Source of the DNA: a virus
Strand: one strand, 5' to 3'
IMG/VR virus record: IMGVR_UViG_3300006923_000013
Coordinates: 21,788 to 85,787 of that record
DNA length: 64,000 bases
Made by a program: the position numbers and the translations under genes. Of this stretch, positions 1-13,900 are shown in pieces. The notes beneath the pieces are model-generated. The model did no database searches. It was not told where the DNA came from and saw only the letters and a program-made list of their open reading frames with translations. The number at the start of each line of letters is the position of its first letter. Within the stretch, counting starts at the first letter, position 1.

Positions 1-1989
1 TTTTGGAAAAAAGCCCATCCATTTATGGACATCTTCAAGTCTTTCTGGTAAAGATTTACGAATTGAAGGCATTTTATACATAGTTCTAAAATTAGAAGGA
101 AGTCCTTCGTCATTTATTGTATTTTGATTCATATACCGTATATAATACTTCCAATATATATTATCTCCCCCTTCAAGTTTACTATAAGCTGCAAGTTTTT
201 TATATGCAGGATTTAAGTATTTAGCGTGATCCTCTGGCTTTTTAGGAATTTCAAATTGAGTATGACTTGCTCTATGAATCATTGCAATTTTATCCTCAAA
301 GAGTGATAACGGACCTCTATCTCCAGATCGTGTAATATTATTAGCAGCATCACGTTTAGGTACGGATGCAGCTAAAGCCGCTTCGTGCTCCTTTTTAAGG
401 GCTTCTACCTTAGCGTCCCTTTTGGCTGTTGCTTCTCTTATTATTTTGTCTTTTTCTTCCTTTTTAGCGCCTTTAGGAATAATGTAACGTAGTGGTAATG
501 TATAGTTATACTTTATATTTTCTTTTTTCCACTTGATCCACTGTCTGGTTTTAGCTGCCTCTGATACTCCTTCTTGGCTATAGATCTCATCTTGCTTCTT
601 TTTACGGTCTCTACTCCAGTTAGAATGGTATTTAGATACGAAATATCCAGTAGGTTTGCCTATTTCATCTTTTTCAAGCATAAACGAATAGAACTCCTCA
701 CGGGTCATATTCTTATCCTTTTTCATCTGATGTTCCTGGAGCTCTTTAAAAGTACCATGTAATGCACGGACTTCATCTATCCATTTGAGACGTATTTCAT
801 CCTCTACTTTGGAGATTTCCATTTGTAGGGCCCTCAGAACATCATCGTTTACATCTTGAGCATTTAAGAACCAACGTTGGACAAATGAAATGTCCTGATT
901 AGTTGCTTCTAACATATTACGAAATATAACAGCTCCACGTTTTTCAAGTGTAGTTTTGGCCTCATCTAGCCTCATTTGTATATATTCCTCCTTTGTTTTA
1001 TCCTTTATGCCCATCTGTTCGAGCATAACGTCATCTCCTTTATACTTCTTATTAAGCTGTGCGAACTCTTTACCATAAGAGGTTTCTGCCCACGCTTTCA
1101 TCATATCTCCACCTGTAGAAAACTTATTTACTACATAGTCTTTAGCATAGCGTTCATACTTAGCAGCAATTTCCTTATGAACATCACTTGCAGTTTGTAG
1201 ATGCATTCTTACTTTATCGGGTACTATTAATTTACCCTCTTGAATTTGTGCAAGAGTTGAGTCGATGTCACTAAATGCTGTGATATAATAATAAATATCC
1301 TGAGCTGCGGCTGCAGTAAGTTTTTTAGTTCCTTCATCTTCTGCTACACCCATGTTAAGAATTAGCATATCCATTTCTTCAAGAATAGCTGCAGTTTGTT
1401 CCATTGCATTTGCTGCATAGTTCAATAGCCTTTCATCTTGTACTGCCTCTCCTATTGAATCTAATTCCTTTTCTAAATCCTTTTTTTGAGCTTTTAGCTG
1501 CCCACTAAGCAGTTCCTTTGATTTTTGGCGAGAGAGTGTCTTTATTCTCTTTTCCAAAGCACTTGCTGCTTTACGTAGTATTGCAACTTTTATAGAAGAT
1601 GTAGCTTTAAATTGACTGGTATTCCAAGGTTTAGTAGCAAGTATTTTACCACTGGCAAAAGACCAAACATCTGCCATATACGGCTCTCCATATATGATCT
1701 GTCCGTTCTCATCGTCTCCAAGGTTATACAATCTAGGAGATTCTTGAGGTGTATCTAATTTATTTACAAGCCTGTATTCATTAGCGGGTAAGATTTTCCA
1801 ATTACCATACGTATTCGTAAACTCTTGACTGCGTGCTAATTCCCAGAGGCTGTCTTTAATAAGTTCCCCCTGGGTTCCATCAGGCTTATCGTATCGTTGA
1901 TCCCCAAACTGTTCCTCTAATTTTTCGTAGAGCTTGCTGGGAATTTCTTTACCTGCTTTGTCTACTTTAAAAACTTTACATGTGCTCAT
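1..1989 (-). CDS. Large virion cargo/ejected protein, N-terminal 663 codons only (runs off the window start)
   Basis: Not in the ORF track because it has no stop in the window. ATG at 1989-1987 overlaps the RNAP stop (ATGA); reads MSTCKVFKVDKAGKEIPSKLYEKLEEQFGDQ... and appears open to position 1. Position directly after the vRNAP matches crAss-like giant cargo genes. Confidence 0.8.
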   Translation of the reverse strand, partial: MSTCKVFKVDKAGKEIPSKLYEKLEEQFGDQRYDKPDGTQGELIKDSLWELARSQEFTNTYGNWKILPANEYRLVNKLDTPQESPRLYNLGDDENGQIIYGEPYMADVWSFASGKILATKPWNTSQFKATSSIKVAILRKAASALEKRIKTLSRQKSKELLSGQLKAQKKDLEKELDSIGEAVQDERLLNYAANAMEQTAAILEEMDMLILNMGVAEDEGTKKLTAAAAQDIYYYITAFSDIDSTLAQIQEGKLIVPDKVRMHLQTASDVHKEIAAKYERYAKDYVVNKFSTGGDMMKAWAETSYGKEFAQLNKKYKGDDVMLEQMGIKDKTKEEYIQMRLDEAKTTLEKRGAVIFRNMLEATNQDISFVQRWFLNAQDVNDDVLRALQMEISKVEDEIRLKWIDEVRALHGTFKELQEHQMKKDKNMTREEFYSFMLEKDEIGKPTGYFVSKYHSNWSRDRKKKQDEIYSQEGVSEAAKTRQWIKWKKENIKYNYTLPLRYIIPKGAKKEEKDKIIREATAKRDAKVEALKKEHEAALAASVPKRDAANNITRSGDRGPLSLFEDKIAMIHRASHTQFEIPKKPEDHAKYLNPAYKKLAAYSKLEGGDNIYWKYYIRYMNQNTINDEGLPSNFRTMYKMPSIRKSLPERLEDVHKWMGFFPK

Positions 1990-4900
1990 TTACAGTTATC
2001 TTTAGTATGCGGATCGTCATTAAGGTCGTCCTTACTTATATATTTTTCAGGTCTAATTTGGGCCCTCATTCCTCTTTCTGTTCTAACGAGTTTTAACACA
2101 GGGCTCTTATTAAATACTGTATTGTTTATATGTCCTATATAATTAGCACTTTTTGCATGGTCGTGTTTAAATCCATAAAAGTATTTACCTTTTTTTTGTA
2201 GCTTCTTATCTTTTCCTTTTCCTAATGTACCCTTGTTTAAATATTTGTTACCAATTGCAAAGATCTGAGGAACAGTGAAGTGCAAAAATACAAAATCGCT
2301 TTCTTGTGCAGGTGAAAACTCTCTGTTTTCATTATCATGAGGTATAAAGTTTCTATGGTCATAGTAATCTTTATCCCGCGATAGTGCATCTGAAAACTTT
2401 GCTTCAAATATAGATACCCAAGAAGCATGTCCTTGTTCTGTTACCACTTCATGTTCTGTATTTAAAAAGAAATCAATTAATAACATCTGCGACTGTTCCT
2501 CTTTAGTAAATTTATCTAAGCGTTTATTAAAGTTACCTTTTAGGCTCACAAACTTTTCTACAAGATGAGGATGAGTAGTAATAATTGCATTTACAACTAT
2601 TTTTTCATCCTTTTCAGGTCTAAATACATATATAGGTATAAAATTAGGAATTTCCTTTTTAACATCGGTCTCTAACCACTGTACAACTTCTTGAATGGTA
2701 TCAAAATGTCTCTTACTTTCAGGAATAACGAAATCCAGATCATGTAAGGTTTCAGCTTTATCCCTATATACATTTCCCTGACTTCTTAGAGCAAGGGATC
2801 CTACGAGTACGGCATTTAATTTACTAATTGCCGTTTCCATCACTTCAAATGCTTTTGGAAATTTAGTGGCTCCTTCTTCAAAAGTTTTAAGTGTAAAGTT
2901 TTTATCCTTAGCCCTTCCATATGTTTCCATGAATTTTTTATCCCCAGAAAGAACTTGCTGTGCAATCTCATCTGCCATAATTTCTACTGGGATACTTGCT
3001 ATGGATTTTGCTATTTTAAGTATAGCTTCATACGCCTCATAAGCTAATTTAAGAAATTTACCTTTTGGAACTCGTTTTTCATTAGCGTAAATAATCGCCT
3101 CACCTATTATCTGCCCAATAGCTTCTTTTTTTATTTTCTCCATATTAGGAGAACCATCTATATTTTGATATAGCCTGTTTTTTGCATAAGCACGCTTAAT
3201 GGCTCCAAATTTGCCCCAAGACGTTATATTCTGCATAAGAGGTTTAATCAGATCACTCTTAACGCCTACAAGGTCTACAAGCATATGACTGAACTCTTCA
3301 GGCATTACCATCTTAGTTCTATCTTCTTTAGCTATATCTATAACTTTACGAAGTGTGTGTGCTACACCTAAAACTCCTTCTCCATACCGCTCTTCCATAT
3401 CCTGCATAGAACGTTCTGTAACAATTACTCCATATTCTTCTAAAAAGTCTGCTAAATAATTATCTAATTTTTTATCTGCTTTCTCTCCTAAAGTCTGCAT
3501 TTTAGCAACTATATCCTTATGTCCTTCTAATAACGAACTGAATCTATATGCCATAAGTACATTAAAAGGTTTGCCTTTGTATATAAGAGCATTACGTTGC
3601 AGCCAACGCTCAATTATATCAATTTCATCTTGACTGAATCCATTTTCAGCTAAAAATTCCTTATCGCTGGGTTTTAATTCTTTACCATCAAATACCGATT
3701 GTAAGTCTGCAGCATTCTCCATAAGAGTTGCAGCTCGTTCTACTTCATTAAGAAATGAGTTTTCTTCTAAATGAAAAAGTGTATTCACATCTGTAGTCTC
3801 ATTTGGAGATGTAGATAACTCCACTTCTACTAATATGCCCGCTTCTTTAAGTTTTTTAGTAGCAAAGGTTGTACCTACAATAACATTTTTTTGTAGTGCT
3901 TTATCTAAAAGAATAATATTATTAGTATTTATATTAGATCCTTTTCCCTCTCTTAAGAAAGGCTCAAATAAGGTTTTACCTCTATCGTTTTTTCCTAACT
4001 TGTTTACTACAACATATACAGGGAGCTGCTTTGAATTCCATCCTGCATGTCTGTATAATCTTTCATTCACTGTTACATACTTGGTAACACGAGTAACCTC
4101 TTCTCTTCCATCTATCAATTCTGTTTTAACAAGAGACGTATCTCCTGTAGCAAATCCGTAGACCTCAAGTCCTAACTCACTAGTAACTTTTTCTGCAAAT
4201 TTATCGGATATTTCAGGTACTAAATCTGTATTATGTGAATTATTTCTAAAGAAGATATCTAATTCTGCTCTTGAAAATAACCCTGGGTCAGTAGTATCTG
4301 AAACTACAGCACTACCTCCTTTGCCGTCTGATACCTCAATTGTGTTTGCTTCTTCATTAAATCGGTCAAATAATTCATCCTCTAATGAAAGGGGCATTAG
4401 TTCATGAAAACTAAAGAGTTTATTTGTATACCCACTTACAATAAAGGAATATAGAGCTAAATCTTTAGCAAATGCTTGTACTTTTTTATCTTCATGTAAG
4501 TAGAGTTGTTCCCAAGCTTCTGTAAGAAGGTCTTTACTTACTCCGTCTTTTTCTTGTGTATTTGGAACAGTTATACTTCCTATTTCATCCTTAATATTAG
4601 AGATATTACCTTTAGATGCAAGTAAATATTTAATAAGTCTGTTTTCTTTTATAGGAGACTTACTAGAAGTCTGCCAGAATGCAAGCTGATTCACAATATT
4701 GTTATCACTTATTACAAGTTCCTGGAATTTCTCTTGTGTAAGACTTTTTGCCTTCTTAGCAAGATACATACTGTATAAATCTCTATAGGCCCTTCTTAGC
4801 TTTTCTGGATTTTTACTGAAATACTCATTATTGGACATTTCTTCTATCTGCCATAATGCTGATCCAAATCCAGCACTTCCAATATTAAAAGAGTCTTTAA

Positions 4901-7900
4901 ATAACGAGAGCATTAAAGATGTAGAGTTATCTCTATATTTAGCAAGCATTGTGTTTTCAAATCTAGCTGCTATACCCCGTAATCCTGTATCTTGTAATGC
5001 ATCACTAAGTTTACGTTCAGAGACCAATGAGTTTACCATTCCTCCACCTGCACCCTCCACATCTTGTTTAGATGCTCCAATTGCAGAACTAAGTACTGAT
5101 GCCCGTTGGCGTAAGTGAAAAAATGTTTCCACTACAGTAAGTTGATGTATAATATGCTCAATATCAGTAGCTTCTTTATTCTTGATCCCTTCTTCTAATG
5201 TAGATATATTTAAAAGGTTATCAAGTTTTAATGTGTTACTTCCAAATTTAGAATTTATATTCTTTATTTCATCTTTAAATGCTTTCTCTGCGTTTATATA
5301 CGACATACCCTCTCCCTCCATTGTCTCTATATACTTCTTCTTATAATCACGAAGTACTGCTTCCTTATCTGTTAAAGTCTTTTTAGTTTTTTCATCCCAT
5401 ATCCGTTTAGTATTACCCGCACGTGTGTATTGAGCATATTCTACCCATTCTTTAAGTATAGGCTGAGACATGAACATATCAGTCCATTCTGGGTTCGCCC
5501 CGAGGCGATCTAACAGAAATACAGTATTTGCTGTGAACTCATTATTGTTTAGATAAAAGATATAAGGATCTTTTGCTATATCCACATATGCATTAAGTCT
5601 ACCTGAAATGATATTAGTGATCGTACCTTTTGCAGTATTGTAAATTTGAGAAAGATCAGAGAATCCTGATTTGGTTTTATTACCAATTCCTAAATTTTCT
5701 GAAAAATACAATGGAGATTCTTCGCTCACGTTATCTGAAAGAGAGAACTGAGAAATCGCATGGTCAACCAATTGACGTGCAGTAAGTGCTACTCCTGTTT
5801 TACCTCCTACAAATTGCTGCTTTACATCTACTTGAAACGAAGCTGAAAACCACTCAAGATCTCCTTTGACAGACATGGCGTCTGTCACAAACTTTATAAA
5901 ATCTTCAAGTTTATCTGCAGCAATAAGCGCTTCACCCCTTGCACGCATTTTGTGATCAAAAACTGTAGTATAATTCTCAAAGAATCTAACTTTTGCAGCT
6001 CTGAATTTTACTCCAATGGAATCCAAAGGAGTAATTAGGTCTATATATGTTTTAGGATCACTTATAACAGCATCGTATATCTCAAGTTTTCTATTTTGAA
6101 GTGCTTTCTTACGAATTGCTCTTTTTTTCGAATAGTATATCTCTGTAGCCTTTTCTTTTGAAGTCGTTCCTTTTTTATTCTTTTCTTGTATCGCTTCTAT
6201 TTGCTTTTCTGTTGGAGGTAATATAGGACCTTTCATAGATTCCTTATATTCTATATAATAAGGTTTACCTGAATTTTTATCCACTCCAAAATTAGGAAGC
6301 ATAATGAACATCTTATCGATGTCGAAATCCGAACCTGTCTTAGCTGTGATATCATCGTATGCTACTACCGCATCTCCCATAGATTTCGGTAAAAACCCTA
6401 CAACTTCAAATGCATCGATAGAGCTCATACCTTGATTTGGTATTCTATATGCTATACCTCTAAGTAATCGCTTATCAGAGATATATTTCTGAATCTCTGC
6501 AGACGACATCTTTTCGTAATTAGGAATAAGATCTCTAAACCAAGAAGGAAGCATAATTTGGGCCCGAGAGAACTTAACAAATTCGCCGCCCTTATTAACT
6601 TCAGATATACCAGGTTTCAAATCGTTAGGATTAGTAACCATTTCTATCTCTGCCTTTTCTGCATCAGTAAGACTTGACCAGCGTTTAGTACGCTTAAATC
6701 CGAAGTTACTCAACTGAATATACGAGCCACCTGGCATTTTAAGCTTTACAGTACGTGCTGTAATGATAGATCCAATTAATTGGTCGATCTTATCTGCATA
6801 TGGATGAGAGTGAAGAGGGCGTAAGAATCCTCTCTTATCTGCTCTAAGTTCCAATGAATCTAACAGCTTTCTGGGAGTTGATTCTTTCTTACTGAACTCT
6901 TTATAGATTAACTCATGTAATTTAGTGTAATCTGTAATCTGTGGATCACCTTCATCATTAGTAGTTATACCAAATTCTTCATAAAGTTTATCCTTGCCCA
7001 TATTCGACAGTTCTCTGTCTATATCATGTGCCTGTTTAATTAGATTTTGACCCGTAACTTTTTTTCCATCTAAAGTATACTGTGCATTTATCCTAATATT
7101 AGCAAGTAGATTACGTTTAACCTGAGACCCCTCAAGAGACTCAGAAGCTGTGTGAGGACGCAAGTCCTGCTGAAGCTTCCAATACTCATTACGAAGAGTC
7201 ATTACATTAAGCTTCAGTTTTCCTTCACCTGTAAAATGCTTAGGAGATTGGGCGCCGACTTTAATACCTGATTCGAAGATCACCTCATCGATAGGATTAG
7301 TTTTATCTGTCATTGTAGCATACAGAGTTTCTAACTTATCTGTACCCTTTACAACTTGTGGAAATAATACTGCTTGGGAATACTTTATATACGTAGGAAC
7401 CATAAGTCCTTTATAAGGACGTAATTCATAATGCATACCTTTTAAAGGCATTGCAGCTATAAATTTCATATCCTTTGCTGTTCCTGCTCCTGCAAGTAAT
7501 CTTTTATAGATCTCATCTATTTTACTATTGTCCCAACGGCCTAACCTTTTCATAATGAATGCCCAACGCTCAAGTGATATATAGCCCTGCCCATCAGCTT
7601 GGTTTACCTTACTATAAGGTTTAAGAATGCGTTTAATATCTGCTTCTGAGAATCCCCATCCATGCTTTTTATTTGCGGCTTTATAGCTAGCTAAGTACTC
7701 TCCAAAATATGCACTTGGTTCTTCTATATCCCGTAAAACTGCCATTTTGAAGAACTCTTCTCCGACAGCTAAATTTAGATCCTGACCTGGTGCAATAAGA
7801 GATGGCATTCTCTTAGAGAGCTCATCCATATTAAAATAGAAAGCAGGATTACCTGCATATACTTGCATTGCCTCTAAATTAGAAATAATGCTATTAAGAC

Positions 7901-10900
7901 CAAATGCAGCTATTGCGCGTCTGGTTCTTACATCCGCAGAGTGCACTATTTCTCCTGCTTCGTTTACTGTTTGCCCATCGAGGGTACTGAATGCACTGAA
8001 TGTTTTTGTAGCTATAGCATGATTCTTAAGTCCGCCATTCGGATTAGTTTGTATTGTAGAATACCTTAATGCTGTTCCTACTTCTGCTCTGATTCTATCA
8101 TTTATGATATCTGTCATCTTAGACACGAATGCTGGCTTTTCAAGAAGATCCTTAATTACAGGATGAACTATGGTCTTTCCAACCTTAAACCCGATCTTTT
8201 GTAAAAACTCCTCATCATTAAAAGAAGGAAATGTTACGAATTTAGTGCCGTTTGCATTTTCACGTAAAAGCTTTCCTGTCTTCTTATCCTCTCCCTTATA
8301 GTGATAATTTTCTATAAGTTGCGAATCGGTAAGTGCGTGTTTTCCGAACAGTTGTAAATCAGCTTGATATATAGCTGCCATTTCGGTAACAGCATAGGTA
8401 CTAAATATCTTAAGTATATGAGGAGGTATAATATAAGTATCTGTTTTTTTATTATACTCTATCATATTAATATCCGAAGGAGTTAAATATTCTACTCCTT
8501 TATATAGCATCCAAACTCCTTTATCTGCCATAGTTGCAGGGCTGTAAGTATGCTTTAAAGTCATATTTACTCGAAGTGTGTATTCGTCTGCGGGGTTCAA
8601 ACCTTTATAGTCTGTTCCGTGATCGTTTCCTCCCTGTTTCTTGTAGGTATTGAAAGTTTTATATACTAACTTTTTACCTTTTTTCAACTGCTTCAGTAAT
8701 TGCGATTGACCATGATATGGACTTTTTAATAACTCATCTGCATAATAAGAAGACCTGTTCATTTGTAATGTACGCTTCTTGAAGAAATTATTCAGTGAGT
8801 ATATCCAGTAAGTTTTACCTTCTGGACCCAGGATAGTAGTTTGACCAAAATCTTCTGTTACAACTGCCTCTCCTGCAGCAAGTTTCATTACAAAACTCTC
8901 TTTAAGCATATGATTTTCTACGAAATCTACAGCTACATTTCCTTTATTTTTTCCCTTTCCTGCCAAAGTACCCATAGAATATGTAGAACCTGTTCCCATA
9001 AGTTTTGACATGCCACCTATAAATATCCTACGAGCAGTTTTAAATTCTGGAGAAATCAGGTTAAATGCCTGTTCTAATCCCTCTTCGCTCATTTCTATTC
9101 CTAAGTGCTCTAAAAATATACGTGTAGTATGAGAAGTAGACGCTGTAAGACCTTCATTACGTAAATCGAGCATAACTTGTAACCACATAGCACTGTTACG
9201 TGCGGCTACGTCTTTATTAGCTGTAATTACAAGATTCCCCTCTTTATCCTCTTTTTTGCTATATAAGGGCAACTCCTTATGATTCTCAAACCATCTATCT
9301 CGAATACGATATGCTTTACCTTGCTGTTGAGGGTCTATAAACTTATATAGTAAGCTCTTCTGTACCTGTCCTTTTACTTCGTAAACTAAATTCTGATACA
9401 GAACAGTTAAGAAATTGCTATTTGATTTACTCATAGCATTAAAGAACTGTGTCCTTTCATTTATAGGTAACGCTTTTACACGAGTATATAAACTCTCAAA
9501 TGTTCTATCTGAAACCGATAAAGTCTCTAATTTGACCATCATCTGATCGTAAGAAGATATAGTTTTACCTTGTTCATTGGTATATGTAACAGTATCAGCT
9601 AATAAAGCCTCAACTGTGTTCCACATATGCCCAGGATTAGCCATTACAGGCAATCCCGTGTCTACATTCGTAACTAGTTCACCGTTCTTATCAAATAGCG
9701 GTAAAAAGCTAAAGAATACCCTGGTAGTAGTAGTAGCATTTTGCTTACCACTGGTCTCAAACGGAGATTTAGATGCAGCCAAGACATCAGCGTTATCCTT
9801 TCTCGTTTCTTCGTTTTCTCTGATTCCTAATTGTTGTAATCTAAGTTCTGCATGTTCAACAAGGACATCTACTTCTCTTAGTAGTAGTTTTCTCGCATTC
9901 AAAAAGGGCTTTTCATTTTCTATAGTTTCTGCCCTTTTGACCTTAAATTCTAAATATGCTTTAAAGAAAGCATGTAATTTCTTACTCTCTTTCGCATTAG
10001 CTTCAAAACTCTCTATATCCTTGATATTATGAACTCCTCCTATTCCTCCTGCGTTATCTATATAGTGGTGTAAAGTAATATTAACTGTCTGCTCTACTGT
10101 ACGGGGGTCTAAGGGAAGCCTCTCCATTGCTAAAGCATGTAAACCTTTTCCACTGCGCCACGCTTCTACTTTAGCCGATATAGGCTTAGTATTAGCGTAA
10201 TACCCTGCAGACATACGGTAGAACAGTAAGTCTGTGTGCATACGGGTTTTAGGATTCATCATATATCCGACTAAAGCCTTGATATACTTAAACCATCGTA
10301 TTACCTTCTCTCCTACTCCTGCAGTTTCACCTGTAGTTTCCCAATATCTATACTCTTCAGCACGTATTTCAGAATAATAGATAGCCTCTGCTACTTCTTC
10401 GGTAATATCCTTATGTTTAGATTGAATCTCTTTGATCATGGCTTTGGTAGGAACACCAAATTGCTGCCTGGTCTGAATATCTAATCCTCTACGTTGCTCT
10501 GGTGCAAGCCATAATTCTTCAACAGCATGATAGGCTTCGTGGTACTCTGCGCCATGTACAGCCTGTTCAGATAAAGTAATCATACCCTTTCTAAATACAC
10601 CGTATGCATATGCACCTTTTCGTCCTAAGCTTATCAGGCTCTTTTGAATATTAACAGGAACAGTATCTCCAAGTACTCTCTTTAAGTATGCCCGAGCTTT
10701 AATCTCGTTGAATTTCTCTTTAGGAGCTTTTTCCGAAGTGTCGTCCCCTACCTCTACTTCCATAGAAAGGTTTTCCATGTCATCGCCAAACTGGAAGTTA
10801 TGACCCTCGTTTGTGGTTTCTTTTTTTGCTGCAGTTTTAGTATCTTCTTTCTTTTTTTCTTCCTTTTCTTCCCTACTCTTATTATGCACTTCAGTATTAA

Positions 10901-13900
10901 ATATAAACTTACTTGCTGAATGTACAAGGTGTTTTGGTCTAAGTTGATCGTCTAATTTAGTGTCTGTACGCATAACATGCATATCTACATCCTCAGAATT
11001 GTTTTCTGTTAGAAAATGCTCATTATACTTATCATACTCATCTTCAAGGTATGTAACCCCTTGAAATACAATAGAACCCCGTTTCTTAAGGGACATTGTT
11101 TCCGAAGTGAATATATCAAATATCGATTTATTTAATGCTGTTGAATGTACCTGACGTTTTTTGTTCGCTAAAGCCCACGCTATGAACTGCTCTTTGGTAC
11201 TTTCCGTAAGTTGTACAAAGTCTCCAGCCTCACCGTCATAAAAATATGCTTGATTTTCTTCTATCACGAGAGCAGTATTTATGAACGGAGAAAACCCTTT
11301 TCCTGCTCCAAGAGTATAGTGCTGTTTTGCATACTCTCTAGACTCGAAAGAATATGTAAGCATTTCAAGGTATTGCAGAATTGACAACCCTGTATCTATT
11401 TCATTTCGCCAGTACCTCGAAGACTTACTTCTTGCCTTTTTATAAAATTCAAGTATATCCAATAGATCAAAAACCTCATTCTCATTAAGCCCTCTTTGAT
11501 TAAGCTTAACACTTTGCGGCTCTTCTGTAGCAGGATCAACTACCATCGCATAGACTACACCATTATTAGCCTTTGTACCTGTATCAAATCCTACAGTCGT
11601 ACCTCCTCCAGTAATTTCAAAGTCATTCTTAACTCCTAATACTACTGGACCATCTGGGAATAAAGATTTAATAGAGAAGTGCTCCCCTATATTTTCCTTT
11701 ACTCCATCCCTACTACGAAGCTCGTTCCAAAATGCCCTTACTTCTTGATATTTGGATATAGTACCAAATGCAGGTTCTCCTGCAACATACTGCTTGTATA
11801 TTTTACGTCTAAGGAGCGCAGTAGCCTCTTTATTACTCTGATCTCCTGTGAGCCCGCTCTGCAAATTTACACTGTATTCAACTCCTGTTTTCGGATCCTT
11901 TATCCATACGTTTATATGAAGCTTTGCAAGATCTCCGACTGGAGCATCTTTAGGAGGTGTAATTTTATTTCTATACTTATCTTTTATTATAGAGCTTGCG
12001 TACCAATACTTTGAATCGAAATCTATTTCGTATCTAACCTCTTTATTTTCAAAAAATATAGAGGGAAGAGAATTTATATACTTAAGAAAGAGATCCGTTA
12101 TGTGTATTCCATTCCTTATAGATCCTATTAAGGATATAGGCTTTTTAGCATCTGTAAAACTTGGTTCGGGCTCAACTGCTTCTTCTTCAGTTGTATTTTC
12201 TTCTGTTTTAGGACCTGAATTTCCATCTTGGTTATCGTGTTCTACCTTTTCTGCATTTTCAAATGAAGTGTTTACAGTTGGAACTACTTCAGGTTCTACA
12301 ACTACTTCAGGCCCCACGTCTGCTTTTACTTCTCCTGTTTCTTCTGGCGCATGTTCCTCAGCAGTTTCTTCTGCGTTTTCGAATAGAGCATCATCTACTA
12401 CAGGTATTACAGGTACTACAGGTTCGTCAAATTTAGAAAATAGATCATCTACATCATCGGACCCTTCCTCCTCCTCCTCCTTAGCCTTTTTAGCCTTTTC
12501 CGCTTCTTGCTCTTTCTTCTCATTTTTAGCATTCTGTTGCTTTCCATGAGAAGTAGCATTTTCAGCTTTAACTTCCTCAATTGGTACTATAAGTGTAATA
12601 TTATCTCTTTCTACTGGTACCTCTATTTCACCATTCCATACTCCATATGTAGCATTCCCTTCTTGATCTGTGGTTATTCTAAGATTTCCATGTTGTGCTT
12701 GCCCATTGGAATCTTTATATTCTACCAAAGCATTTTCTTCTAAACCTTCTTGATTTTGCTTAGCAATAGTAGGTTCTTTTTCCTTTACCTCTGGTCTCTC
12801 TAAAGTTTTACCAAAATCCTGTATAAATGGATTTGCCATGAGCGTTTCTCCATTTGACGCACTTTGTATCAACTCTCTGGTTACATCATTTTCCCGTTTA
12901 GATGCTTTGGCTGCAAATGCGGTATTATTAAGATCCTGTAGATCTTTATTTAGAGGAATACTTTTGGTCGTTGTATGTCCATGCTGTTCCAGCATAGTTT
13001 TGTACTGCTTTTCAAGTCCTGGTACAGCTTCTTTGTGCTCTGTAGCTTTTGTTCCCTTTAATATTTTTGTATAGTAATCCTCCTGTATCTTATTAATAGC
13101 AGCAAGACGCATATCTGTAGTCCCAGGAAGAGCCTTAATACGCTTAAGCTTTGCTCTGGCTACATTCAATTCTGCCTTTAGAGCTATAAGTTCAGACATT
13201 CCCTGTTCCTTCTCCGTTGTAGGAGCTGGAAGACCTGCAATAACTTTTTGAATTTCTGACTCTGCATTGGAAATATCCTCTGCTAATCTTTCCCCTGTAG
13301 AGTAGTTACTGATAAGGGCCCTAAATGCTGTGCTTTTATCTTCTACGCTTAACGATTTGAACTTCTCTTGATTTACATTACTATGGATTGCGGATGCAAC
13401 GAGAACCATTTCTCTGGCTTTAGGCATATCCATCTTCTCTGCAATATCAGGAAAACTCTTCTCAATCTTATTGAGTAACTTATTAAGCTTTTTAGCTCCA
13501 CCTTTCTCTTGAAGTTTAGTGAAAAGCCATTCAGACATTGCCTTATTATGCTCTGCATCCATATACCTATCGTATACCTGCTCTACAAAATCTTCTGCAT
13601 CTGAACCATACATTTGATTATCTACTACCTTCTGTGCAGTTCTTATGCCTAATTCTCCTACTGTTCTGGTACCTCCCATGACACCACCAAGCATTACTCC
13701 TGCATCAACAGAGGCTTTAAACTCTTTGGATTCCGTGCGTCCTCCTGCAACTCTATAGTCTAAAATCCTATTAATAGAGTTATTGACCATCCCTCCAGTA
13801 GTTTCTGCAGCCAGTCCCATACTGTTTACAATAGATTCGAGTCTTTCTAAATCATCATAGTCTCCTCTTAGATAACCATTCTTAATTAAGAACTGGTCTC

